From the IMG/VR virus record IMGVR_UViG_3300031787_000005: 64,000 nt of DNA, one strand, 5' to 3'. Position numbers and translations under genes: made by a program. This DNA is from a virus. This document shows, piece by piece, positions 54,829-64,000 of this stretch (position 1 is the stretch's first letter; each line of letters starts with the position of its first letter). Under the pieces are notes generated by a model. It saw nothing but the letters and a program-made list of their open reading frames with translations. It ran no database searches and was not told the DNA's origin.

Positions 54829-57820
54829 AAGTGACTCCTGACCCCTGTACGACAAATGTATTTGTTCCTACACATAAAAGTCTAGCAACTGTTCTTTGAG
54901 CTAGAGTTCTATTTCCTGTAGTTGCAGTACCACTAAGATACATTGTAACACCTGCACCCTGAGATAATGTTTGAGATAATGCAGTGTTATTATAAATTAA
55001 CACTTCATCACCAATAGAAAAGACACCCGATGGAACTGTAGCAATTCCTGCAGAAGTTGAGAACGAAATATGCTTACCAGCATCACTAGAAGCAAGAACA
55101 TAACCAGTTAAAGAAGATTGAGCATTTTGAGGATAACTCCTTACATTTCCAATCGAATCACTAATTGTACCCGTTGATGTGATATTATCCTGAACGTCTA
55201 AGGTGCCTCCTGCAGAATCAAGAATAAGATTTCCAGAAGCAGTATCAATTTCATTAACTGCCGTTGTACCGACTCGAATATTTTGATGATGTGATCCAGA
55301 GGCAAATGTAGAAACTCCAGTTGACTGATAAATTGCTCCACTAACTGTGAGTTTTGCATTTGTTAATGTTGTTGTTCCAACTCCAAGATTAAACTGACTA
55401 TTACCAACTAACCAATATTCACAAGTATTAGAGGCATTAACACCAATTGCTAGTACTTTATTGCCAGGGAATGGTGGAGCAAAAAATCCGTTAGCAACAC
55501 TTGTGCTAAGTCCAGCTGCAGTTGTTCCTGGGCGACCAGCAAATACATCACCATTACTACCAGCAGTGTTTGTTCCTACACCAATAACAACGTTGTGAGA
55601 AACGTTTAGGTGTCCTTGAGCAGAAGCTCTTCCTGCTTTATATCCAAGACAAAGATTATTGTCACCAGCAATATCAAATCCAGAACGATCTCCAAGGAAA
55701 GTATTGTATCTTGCACTTGCACTCAAACCAGAACCAACTCTAGTTCCGATAAAGACGTTACTTGTTGCACCTAAACTTACATAGTTCCCAGTGATGTATC
55801 CTTGCTGAGGAGATCCAGCAGTTCTGTCATGAGTGCTATTTGAATCATATTCAACACCAAGAACAACGTTTGGCCAAACAATATATCCTGCGGGTTGCCA
55901 TAAACTATTTTGGTGGAAATATTCTGGTCTACGAGAACTTCTTTCTTGAATAAATCCCCCACTTCCCAGATCAACATCATAAACAAGAGCTTCTCTTTCA
56001 GCTCTTGTTAATTGTGGAGCATAGAAAACTGCCCTTCTCGTTGCACTATAATTAGCACATCTTAAGTCAACAGCACCAAAAGGAACATTGGTACCAACTC
56101 CAATGAATCCATTTACTTTTGGATTGGCACTATTTCCAACAAGAATAACGTCCGCATTTACTGCAACAATATCCCTACCAAAAACTGATAATCCAGTTGC
56201 ATCCACAAAACTATTATCTGGTCCTGGAATGGTATCCAGACTGATTGTAGCACCTATTGAAACTCTATCTCTGAATAATGCTGTGCCTCCACTTACAAAA
56301 GCAGCAGCTGCTGATGTCGTTGTTCCGATTCCAACATTAGCAAAATGAGCACTAATAGTCTTACCATCTAATCCAAGACCAGCTGCTGGAAGAGTTGTTC
56401 CTATTCCCAATATTGCATCATTGGTTAGATATAACCTATTAAGAGTGCTGATTCCAGTAGTAACGTTAATATTTGTTGGTATTGCAGGAGGATTTCCACC
56501 ACCACCGAGAGTAAATCTTGAGGATCCAGATCCAAAGGTTAATGTTCCAGCGGCAATGAAATTACCAGCAACTGTTAGATCGGAAGTAATAGTTCCTGTA
56601 CCAACAACATGCAAGTTAAAGCTTGGATTTGTAAGTCCGATTCCAAGTCTTCTATCAGATAATGCTGGTCCTGCTGTTAAGACTGCTGCAGCAGAATTAT
56701 CTTGTCCATAAAGCCATTGGAATGATCCAGTTCCAATTCCTGGTTGACCAGCATGTAAAACTGAAATGAGAGAACCTGTTCCTCTGTTAATGATCTCAAG
56801 AGTTCCTCTTGTCGCACCATATCTTAAATATCCAGTGCTATTTCCAAGACCCACTGAATTTCCTAATGAAATTCTTGATTCTCCACTTGGATTAACAACT
56901 TCAATCGTTGGATTAGCAGAAAGTCCGTTTTTAAAGATTTGAAGTTCTACAGTTGGGAGTGCAGTTCCTACACCAATTCTTCCAGACTCTACAGCAGCAA
57001 CGGCAGTTCCACCAACACCAACTCTGAAAATAGTTAGAATAGTAGCAACTCCAACGGTTGCAAATGGACTATTTAAAGCAGTGGCAGTTACAATTCCAAC
57101 ATTAATACTTGGTTGTCCAGTCAATGCAAGCGCAGAATCTGCGGTAATAGAATTACCATTGATATTACCAAAGAAACTTCCATAGAAATTAGTTGCTGTA
57201 ATGCTTCCAGCAATACTAATAGGTGAAGGTAATTTATCGTTAGGAAGAACAGGTAAAACTGATGTGCTAATAACACCATTTGTAATATTTTGTCCTGTAA
57301 GTGCGGTAATTCCAGCACCACTACCAACAAAAGATGCAGCACTGACAATGCCAGATGCTCTCATATCACCTACGGTATTAAATCCGACACCAAGTTGTCC
57401 AACAAATGGATTTCCACCGATTTGGAATGTGTTTCTCGGATCAAGTGTTGCAATACCAACAAATCCAGCAGCATAAATGCTGGTGAATCCTAAACCAACA
57501 TCAACGTCAACCCACTGAGAAGTTGGTAAGTTGGACAATGTAGCGCCGTTTCCATAAAAAGAAGTAGCAGTAATTGATCCGCTACTTCCAACAACTCTAA
57601 CTGTTGATCCAACTCTAAGAGTATTATTAATTGTTGCGATGCCACTTACAAAAGCATCAGTGGCAGTCATTAATCCAACTACTCTGGCATTACCTCTTAC
57701 GTCTAGACGTTCGGTTGGAACTGTGGTGCCAATTCCAACCAAAGTACCACGTACTACGAGATCTTTATCATCGACCTGAACACCATCACGAAAATTAAAA
57801 GTCTTCCTGATATTCGCCAT
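54827..57820 (-). CDS. Tail fibre protein
   Basis: 997 aa with about 8 GIGT-type repeats and a YadA-like N..IG...G segment; TAAATA upstream at 57838-57844. Confidence 0.8.
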   Translation of the reverse strand: MANIRKTFNFRDGVQVDDKDLVVRGTLVGIGTTVPTERLDVRGNARVVGLMTATDAFVSGIATINNTLRVGSTVRVVGSSGSITATSFYGNGATLSNLPTSQWVDVDVGLGFTSIYAAGFVGIATLDPRNTFQIGGNPFVGQLGVGFNTVGDMRASGIVSAASFVGSGAGITALTGQNITNGVISTSVLPVLPNDKLPSPISIAGSITATNFYGSFFGNINGNSITADSALALTGQPSINVGIVTATALNSPFATVGVATILTIFRVGVGGTAVAAVESGRIGVGTALPTVELQIFKNGLSANPTIEVVNPSGESRISLGNSVGLGNSTGYLRYGATRGTLEIINRGTGSLISVLHAGQPGIGTGSFQWLYGQDNSAAAVLTAGPALSDRRLGIGLTNPSFNLHVVGTGTITSDLTVAGNFIAAGTLTFGSGSSRFTLGGGGNPPAIPTNINVTTGISTLNRLYLTNDAILGIGTTLPAAGLGLDGKTISAHFANVGIGTTTSAAAAFVSGGTALFRDRVSIGATISLDTIPGPDNSFVDATGLSVFGRDIVAVNADVILVGNSANPKVNGFIGVGTNVPFGAVDLRCANYSATRRAVFYAPQLTRAEREALVYDVDLGSGGFIQERSSRRPEYFHQNSLWQPAGYIVWPNVVLGVEYDSNSTHDRTAGSPQQGYITGNYVSLGATSNVFIGTRVGSGLSASARYNTFLGDRSGFDIAGDNNLCLGYKAGRASAQGHLNVSHNVVIGVGTNTAGSNGDVFAGRPGTTAAGLSTSVANGFFAPPFPGNKVLAIGVNASNTCEYWLVGNSQFNLGVGTTTLTNAKLTVSGAIYQSTGVSTFASGSHHQNIRVGTTAVNEIDTASGNLILDSAGGTLDVQDNITSTGTISDSIGNVRSYPQNAQSSLTGYVLASSDAGKHISFSTSAGIATVPSGVFSIGDEVLIYNNTALSQTLSQGAGVTMYLSGTATTGNRTLAQRTVARLLCVGTNTFVVQGSGVT

Positions 57821-57843
57821 CTTAAAATGTTTTTAGTTATTTA

Positions 57844-60800
57844 TCAATCTGATAACAAACCCCTTTCTCTGGCAATATTTTCCAGTGTTTCAACTTTATG
57901 TGTCAGTTCCTTAATTGATTCAATTAGAAGTGGAGTTATCTTATGATAATCAACGGCGAGATATCCGTTATCTCTTTCTCTAACTGCTTCTGGGAGAACT
58001 TCTTGAACTTCTTGTGCGATAACACCAATGTCAAGTCCTTCTTTTTCAGATTTTTCATTCCAGGTATAAGTATTACCACTTAGTGCATTAACTTTTTCAA
58101 GAGAATTAGGAATTGGAGTAATGTTATCTTTTAATCTCTTATCTGAAGCATAGAATGCAGTGATGTCGCCTGTTACATCTAGTGGTCCAGTTACAAGTAC
58201 ACCTGCACCAGCAGCAGTATTTCTGCATCTCAATCTTTCATTTCCACTATCAGTCTGGAAGATAATTGCAGAGTTGTCTATCTGACTGATAATTGCACCA
58301 CCAGAAGACGAAGAAATATTCAGTCTGTTTGCATTCCCTCCAGTCTCACTAATTCCAAGTGAACCTTCTACACGAACACTTGATTTAGCATTTAATTGTG
58401 CATCAAAAGTCGAAGTGCTAGTTACATTAAACGTACCACCAACAGAAACGGCAGTTGCAACAAATAGTTTTTTCTTAATTGCAACACCACCACTAAAGAT
58501 GACTGATGCAGTATCAGTTGCTAATACACCTGTTGCTTCAGTTGCATTTGTATACAGAGATAATCCTGTTACTTTATGAACACCATTGGTAGTTGTGTTG
58601 CTATTAAACTTCAGTTCTTTATTGAAGCTAACTGGACCATCAAATTGTGATAGAACTGTGCCTGAAGAACCACCTTCAACGATAATTCTTTCTTTGGCAA
58701 CAATTTCATCGAATACAACACTCAATCTAGAAGAATCTTGTCCTGCAGTTGTTGGAATTGGAATATCAAACGTCTTCTGAGTTCCAGATGAAGATGCATA
58801 CTTAGTATTTCCTACGAAGAAGTCACCATTACCATTCATTCCAGTGTAGGCAACATTACCACAAGATCTTTCTTGTGCCTGTACCAGGAAGTCCTCTCTT
58901 TCACTTAGAGTTTTAACCTGAACCTGTGGTAGACCAGTTGAATAGTTACCAGGACCATATCCAAGATATTCAAATGTGTGACCAGATGCACGAATAATCG
59001 AAGGTCTGCGAGTTTCAACCGCGATTGGATGAATCTTTCTGAGGAATTGACCAGTAGAATGATTCTCTCTAGGAGTTCCTAAAGCACCACGAATTACGCT
59101 GATTTCATCAAGTCCAGATCCTGTTAGAGAACTGGATGTGATTCTCATAATTTCGTTTCCAGATTGGATGTAAGATCCCATTGGGAATCTTGTAACCGTA
59201 CCAATACCAGAACTCTTCGCTTTTACTCTAAGGATTGATTCTGTAGTAATTCCTGCTTGTAGAACTAGGTCTTCACCAGAATAGAAAGATAATCCTCTTG
59301 TACCAAGATTCTCAAAGGAACTGTCAGATGTTGTATCACCTGCAACCAGAGCAGTATGATAGAGGAATGTTGGAGATACCGATGCATTTGTTATGGCAGT
59401 AAATGTATTGACCCCAACTCTTTCTCTAACATTATAATCACCAATAACATTATTAGTAGATCCAACCAACCTAAATTTTTCTCCAGCAACTAATCCATGT
59501 GAGAATGCACAAGTAAATGTTGTGATTCCACTTGCAGAATCATATACATTTGAAGATACGTTAACTGCTGGACCAACGTTAATTGCATATTGACCAGAAA
59601 TAATTTTTGGATATGATGAAGTAATTGCAAAAGTAAGTTGATTCTTTGCAGGAACTGAACTGATTCTAACATATCCATCGGAAGTGGTACCAATACCAGT
59701 TACATGCAATACATCACCAATATTAGTGCTAATACCAGCTGTTGCAATTGTTATTCTTGCACCAGTTCCACCACCCAAAGCAGTGCTATCAAAATCTAAT
59801 GTTTCTCCATTTGTATATTGAGAACCACCATTGGTAATTGTTGCGGCAGTAACAACACCAGATGCAACGGTAACTCTTGCAAGGGCACCATCCCAGTTTA
59901 GAGTTGTTGTATTATAGAGTTTTACATTATGATATGTTCCACTTTGAGTATATCCAGATCCTGGTATTAAAGTACTATAGGTTGTAATCCCGCCATATCC
60001 ATGATTTCTATCAAGAGTAATTGTTGCAACACCAGCAGTAGCAGTCGTAAAGAATGTTGTTACTCCAACAATTTTTAGTCCTACACCAAGATCTTTCAGA
60101 GTTTTATCAATACTTTCTCTTGTAATACTCTTAGAGATATCATTTGTAACAACTTCGCCTAGAGGACTTCTCTTAGCATAACTTTGAGTTGATTGTGGAT
60201 TGTCATCGATATTATCTTTATCATTCTGTGGATACAGATCAGTAATATTTTGATTGTACTTTAGGTCTGTGAATTCGGTTTCAACTGCATTCGATGCATT
60301 GAGAATATAAACGTGATAAATGCCATCCTGAATATCTTGAATGTATGGTTTAATAACTTCACTTCTATAGATGTAAAGATTTGACTTAAGATCATTTCTT
60401 TCAAATCTAGGTAATGCTGTTGTTCTCGAATTAATATTTGTATTAAATGTTCCGACACCATGTACAACTCCAAGAACATCAGTTGTTGTATATTGGAACT
60501 GCATGTCATCAACAAGTGCTGTGACTTCAAAAGTTCCATTAAATCCAAGATTTAATGTTGCTTGTGGATTTGCTGTACTTGCAACATTTTTGATGTTTAC
60601 AATATCACCAGCATTTAAATTGTGAGGTAAGTCACAAACAACTGTGATAGTATTAGAAGCAACAGTACAGGTTGTGATGAATCTTGGGTTTCTATTATAT
60701 CCATAATCATCTTGTCCGATCGTCGTCAGAGAGAAGTCTGTATTTCTTCTCGCACCAGTATTGCTGGATTCTTGGATAACATATCCATCTGTTGGATCCT

Positions 60801-63222
60801 TAGCATTAACAGATTCTTTAGGAATGACAAGACGGACCTTATAAAGTTTTTCATCAAGGCTTCTATCATCATCAATTCTCTTAATATATGTAATATCAGT
60901 TCTTTCAGTTAATCCAGCAACTCCTTGTGTATTGATCTCACTAAAAATTGTATTACTAGAAGAAGCATGGACAAACCAATTCTTTTGAATTGGGTCAAAT
61001 TGAACTGGTGATCCAAGATCTCCACTATTCTTATCATTTACTCTACTTTCAATTCTAAGTTGCTTACCACCATAGATTGTTAAGGCAGTTCCATTATCAG
61101 CATTTGTTTTTGATGATGCGATTTTGATCTTTTCATCATCAACCTTAATTGCATAATATAAAGTGTTTTCTACAATGTTCTGAGGAAGATCCCCATTGTC
61201 ACTGAACATTCGAATTGATTCACCAGTTTGTAATTTATGTTGATTTTGAGGTGTTCCAATGGTTAAAACACTATTATTAATCTCCGATATAACTCTATAA
61301 ATTTTCCTATTTGTAGTCTGACCAAAAGCAACTGTTGCACCAACAGCTACTGTATTATCCATCATGCAAATTGTTGCATTTCTAATGACACCCAGACCAA
61401 CATCTAGATAAAGTTGATCGTTTGTTTTTGCACCAACTCTATAACCTTGAAGAACAATAGGTGGTTTTGTATCAACGTCAGTGTATCCATAAAGATACAA
61501 GTGACTGGAAAGTCCAACGTTTTTAGTTAATGCAACGTCTAGGGATGTCCAGTCAACGTTGAATTCTGGATTTGCAATTGCCCTTGGTCTAATGACAGAG
61601 GTAATATATCCATGATTATCTTTGGCAAATGCCTCTTTCTTAAATCCTTCAGCAGAAAGAGAAATTTGTCCAAAGTTAGAGTTAGAGTTGGTGATTGAAC
61701 CATCACCACCAGATAAAGAATCAAAATGCTTATTGAATCCAATCGCAAACACAGATACAATCTGAACGAATGAATCGTTCGACATCTTAATGTGACTAGT
61801 TTCCCAACCTGGTCTGTAAATAGAATCAGAATCTAGGTGATAAACTGTTGCTGGGTTCGTTGATGATGAACCAGATGAAAGTTCTGCGCCTTTTACTGGG
61901 GTAATAGTTAGAGATTCATAAAGTCTCGATGTGGAATTATATCTTGCGAATGCTCTATCGTCTTTTTGAAGTGAAATAGCAGTGAACTGGGCAACAACCA
62001 TTGAGCGGAATCCAGCTGCTTTGGATCCGTCAGCGTGCATACCCTGCATACCCCAAACAGATCTTAGGGATACGTTAAAGACATATGGAGATGCACCAGA
62101 TACAGTGTCAGTTTCAATTGTTACAGTTGAACCAGAAATAATAGGAGTTGCTGGTAGATTAACTCTTACGAATGGTAAGAGATATGTAAATGTTGTTTCG
62201 TTGAGTACCGATTGTACTTTCGTAGAAATATTATAATCAACTGGATCAACACTATCAATCTTAATTGGCGTTCCAGATGTAAGATTATGGGGAACTGCTG
62301 TGCTAACAGTTACAATTGTACCAGGAGTAAATCCATCTCCAGAATACAATTCAGAAATGTTAAGTGGATCAGATGCGAATGCGCCAACAATTTCATACTC
62401 TGGACGCTGCTTAGCAAATCCTAGTGACTCTGTTGGGTACTTCTGATCAATATCTCTACCAGATGCAGCATTAAATGCATTTGATAGTTTACTATAATAC
62501 ATGTCAAGGTCGGTGAGATCATAACCAGAAGGAATGGTTACACCATCAGCATATTCAAAACAAGTTAGTTTATGGTGAGAAAAAGTTGGTTTTGATTGAT
62601 TGTTTGCAGAGAAATCAACAGGATCGGTATAAACAAGTCCAGAATCATCTCCATCAAACATGGAGAATTGCCAGAAGTAACAAGCACCAGTAATTCTGAA
62701 TAAAGCAGAAGACTTTACAGCAGGATCAGTTGGGTTAGGAACATATTTTGCACGAATCTTAGTCTTTCTTAGGTCAAGACCAACGATCGAAGTACCACGA
62801 GGAACGATAACTCCACCATAGATACTATTAAACCTATAAAGAATATTATCTCTTTGAGTAAGGTCAAAGTTAGATGATAAATTGAGAGTTAATGTTTCTT
62901 GTGCTGATGTTTGTGCGCCAGAAGTGGAAACTGCAGTGGCAGTTCCATTCACATTCTTAATCGCAAAACCAGGTCTGTTATCGAGAACATGCTCACCTGG
63001 GAAAAGTAAGATAGTAGTTTTTTCTACAATATCATTGTTTCCACCTCTCACATATGAGAATCTTGCCGATTCGAGAAGTGCTCTTTGAATTGTTTTAAAT
63101 GGTTTGCTAAGAGAATTACCTTGGTTCTCTATAGCATCAGTAGCATCAATGTCGTTGGGGTTGACATATAGTATTCTACCTTCTGTATTCTTAACGAAAT
63201 TCTCTAGCTTATTGAGAGGCAT
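57844..63222 (-). CDS. Tail spike/fibre with C-terminal peptidase S74 intramolecular chaperone
   Basis: PFKTIQRAL beta-helix-type N-terminus; C-terminal SDKRLKDNI..IGVIAQEV..VDY..ITPLLIESIKEL. Confidence 0.82.
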   Translation of the reverse strand: MPLNKLENFVKNTEGRILYVNPNDIDATDAIENQGNSLSKPFKTIQRALLESARFSYVRGGNNDIVEKTTILLFPGEHVLDNRPGFAIKNVNGTATAVSTSGAQTSAQETLTLNLSSNFDLTQRDNILYRFNSIYGGVIVPRGTSIVGLDLRKTKIRAKYVPNPTDPAVKSSALFRITGACYFWQFSMFDGDDSGLVYTDPVDFSANNQSKPTFSHHKLTCFEYADGVTIPSGYDLTDLDMYYSKLSNAFNAASGRDIDQKYPTESLGFAKQRPEYEIVGAFASDPLNISELYSGDGFTPGTIVTVSTAVPHNLTSGTPIKIDSVDPVDYNISTKVQSVLNETTFTYLLPFVRVNLPATPIISGSTVTIETDTVSGASPYVFNVSLRSVWGMQGMHADGSKAAGFRSMVVAQFTAISLQKDDRAFARYNSTSRLYESLTITPVKGAELSSGSSSTNPATVYHLDSDSIYRPGWETSHIKMSNDSFVQIVSVFAIGFNKHFDSLSGGDGSITNSNSNFGQISLSAEGFKKEAFAKDNHGYITSVIRPRAIANPEFNVDWTSLDVALTKNVGLSSHLYLYGYTDVDTKPPIVLQGYRVGAKTNDQLYLDVGLGVIRNATICMMDNTVAVGATVAFGQTTNRKIYRVISEINNSVLTIGTPQNQHKLQTGESIRMFSDNGDLPQNIVENTLYYAIKVDDEKIKIASSKTNADNGTALTIYGGKQLRIESRVNDKNSGDLGSPVQFDPIQKNWFVHASSSNTIFSEINTQGVAGLTERTDITYIKRIDDDRSLDEKLYKVRLVIPKESVNAKDPTDGYVIQESSNTGARRNTDFSLTTIGQDDYGYNRNPRFITTCTVASNTITVVCDLPHNLNAGDIVNIKNVASTANPQATLNLGFNGTFEVTALVDDMQFQYTTTDVLGVVHGVGTFNTNINSRTTALPRFERNDLKSNLYIYRSEVIKPYIQDIQDGIYHVYILNASNAVETEFTDLKYNQNITDLYPQNDKDNIDDNPQSTQSYAKRSPLGEVVTNDISKSITRESIDKTLKDLGVGLKIVGVTTFFTTATAGVATITLDRNHGYGGITTYSTLIPGSGYTQSGTYHNVKLYNTTTLNWDGALARVTVASGVVTAATITNGGSQYTNGETLDFDSTALGGGTGARITIATAGISTNIGDVLHVTGIGTTSDGYVRISSVPAKNQLTFAITSSYPKIISGQYAINVGPAVNVSSNVYDSASGITTFTCAFSHGLVAGEKFRLVGSTNNVIGDYNVRERVGVNTFTAITNASVSPTFLYHTALVAGDTTSDSSFENLGTRGLSFYSGEDLVLQAGITTESILRVKAKSSGIGTVTRFPMGSYIQSGNEIMRITSSSLTGSGLDEISVIRGALGTPRENHSTGQFLRKIHPIAVETRRPSIIRASGHTFEYLGYGPGNYSTGLPQVQVKTLSEREDFLVQAQERSCGNVAYTGMNGNGDFFVGNTKYASSSGTQKTFDIPIPTTAGQDSSRLSVVFDEIVAKERIIVEGGSSGTVLSQFDGPVSFNKELKFNSNTTTNGVHKVTGLSLYTNATEATGVLATDTASVIFSGGVAIKKKLFVATAVSVGGTFNVTSTSTFDAQLNAKSSVRVEGSLGISETGGNANRLNISSSSGGAIISQIDNSAIIFQTDSGNERLRCRNTAAGAGVLVTGPLDVTGDITAFYASDKRLKDNITPIPNSLEKVNALSGNTYTWNEKSEKEGLDIGVIAQEVQEVLPEAVRERDNGYLAVDYHKITPLLIESIKELTHKVETLENIARERGLLSD

Positions 63223-63255
63223 CTGCTTATTTTCAAAAATATTTCTATGTTTTAT

Positions 63256-63561
63256 TTATCCCATTAAATCTTCTTCATCATATTCAAATTCAATATCATC
63301 TGGCATATCTTCAGGGTTTTCTAACTCGACTGGAAAAAAACAAGGATGTACTTCTTCGTCTATTAGATAGAAAGAATTTCGATATAAGTCCTCTGGTTCA
63401 AACGATCTATTCTTATCTGCTTCTCTACAAAGATCTTGGTCGTATAAGTGACCTTCTGGCATTTCATCAAACGTAAAAGGAACGTGATTGATGAAGTACA
63501 TTTTCACAATCATGCTGCCATCATTGTACCAGCAGTATGCAGTATCGATACGATAAGACAT
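63256..63561 (-). CDS. Conserved hypothetical protein
   Basis: MSYRIDTAYCWY..IVKMYFINHVPFTFDE; TAAATA at 63582-63588. Confidence 0.7.
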   Translation of the reverse strand: MSYRIDTAYCWYNDGSMIVKMYFINHVPFTFDEMPEGHLYDQDLCREADKNRSFEPEDLYRNSFYLIDEEVHPCFFPVELENPEDMPDDIEFEYDEEDLMG

Positions 63562-63594
63562 AGGGATTTTCCCATATCTTATATTTATTTTCAA

Positions 63595-63667
63595 TAGCGA
63601 TGGTGGGATTCGAACCCACCCTTGAACGATTTTAAGTCGTTTGCCTCTTCCGCTGGGCTACATCGCC
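63595..63667 (-). tRNA. tRNA-Leu(UAA) with short variable region, no encoded CCA
   Basis: GGCGATG/CATCGCT-A acceptor, AACGA-CTTAAAA-TCGTT anticodon arm, GTGGG-TTCGAAT-CCCAC T arm. Confidence 0.85.
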
Positions 63668-63670
63668 AGG

Positions 63671-63743
63671 TGCTCCTTGAGGGGATCGAACCCACCTCAC
63701 ATCGATTATGAGTCGATTGCTTTCACCAGATAGCTAAAGGAGC
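63671..63743 (-). tRNA. tRNA with CAU anticodon, probably Ile2
   Basis: GCTCCTT/AAGGAGC-A, ATCGA-CTCATAA-TCGAT; G1-C72, C4-G69, U12-A23 and C29-G41 fit Ile2 rather than fMet. Confidence 0.8.
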
Positions 63744-63745
63744 AA

Positions 63746-63818
63746 TAGGAGTGCTGGGAATTGAACCCAGACTACCCCGTTATAAGCAGGGCGCTCTGAC
63801 CGATTAAGCTACACTCCC
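63746..63818 (-). tRNA. tRNA-Ile(UAU)
   Basis: GGGAGTG/CACTCCT-A, CCCTG-CTTATAA-CGGGG, CTGGG-TTCAATT-CCCAG. Confidence 0.88.
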
Positions 63819-63992
63819 TCAGGGGGCTTCGTTGTTTAACTCAGTGTGTATTCGTATCAGATCATCATCAGCGGGCATCATCACTGCTGCTTGCCCATCA
63901 TCGTTGATGATACCTATGCGCTCCCCATTTTCAACTCGTTCCATTAGTTCATCGAACCTTTCTTGAAACTCTTCCACGGTAAAAACTTCCAT
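63819..63992 (-). CDS. Phd/YefM antitoxin-like 57-aa protein
   Basis: Manual translation MEVFTVEEFQERFDELMERVENGERIGIINDDGQAAVMMPAD... Confidence 0.55.
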   Translation of the reverse strand: MEVFTVEEFQERFDELMERVENGERIGIINDDGQAAVMMPADDDLIRIHTELNNEAP

Positions 63993-64000
63993 TTTAGTTT

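Noticed and set aside
54827-63222. Diversity-generating retroelement or invertible cassette at the tail fibres
   Set aside because: No reverse transcriptase, recombinase or long near-identical TR/VR pair was visible
300-63370. Plus-strand ORFs in the track (e.g. 3591-4181, 23640-24464, 33043-33723, 53438-54559)
   Set aside because: All lie antisense to well-supported minus-strand genes and show no recognisable motifs; treated as shadow ORFs
63595-63818. tRNAs as pseudogenes because CCA is not encoded
   Set aside because: Cloverleafs are intact and CCA is commonly added post-transcriptionally in cyanobacteria

Overview
A 64-kb segment of a T4-like cyanophage (cyanomyovirus) genome; the host is probably Synechococcus/Cyanobium-like (inference from CP12 and gene content). 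All credible genes are on the minus strand. 1-18.8 kb is the baseplate module: a partial DUF4815-type protein, gp8, a 4403-aa gp7, gp6 and gp25. 18.9-21.3 kb holds conserved genes including speD and a GT-A glycosyltransferase. 21.4-54.8 kb is an accessory/early region of about 85 mostly small ORFs. It is punctuated by 17 copies of a promoter cassette: a 24-bp dyad TGTGMCASTT-N4-AASTGKCACA at a near-fixed distance upstream of a -10 hexamer, usually with a GC stem-loop between them. The region also carries a repeat-rich ori-like locus (25.7-26.56 kb), an RNA-ligase-like gene, rlpA, a dam-type MTase coupled to a GIY-YIG nuclease-like gene, CP12, an rmlB-like dehydratase, an SF2 helicase and seven 2OG-Fe(II) oxygenases. 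The best candidate for an undescribed system is a tight operon of a FabF-type ketosynthase plus three tandem Asp/Asn-beta-hydroxylase (LpxO-like) paralogues at 36.7-39.9 kb. 54.8-63.2 kb encodes two tail-fibre/spike proteins, followed by three tRNAs: Leu-UAA with a short variable arm, Ile2-CAU and Ile-UAU. Family assignments come from motif recognition by eye; no searches were run.
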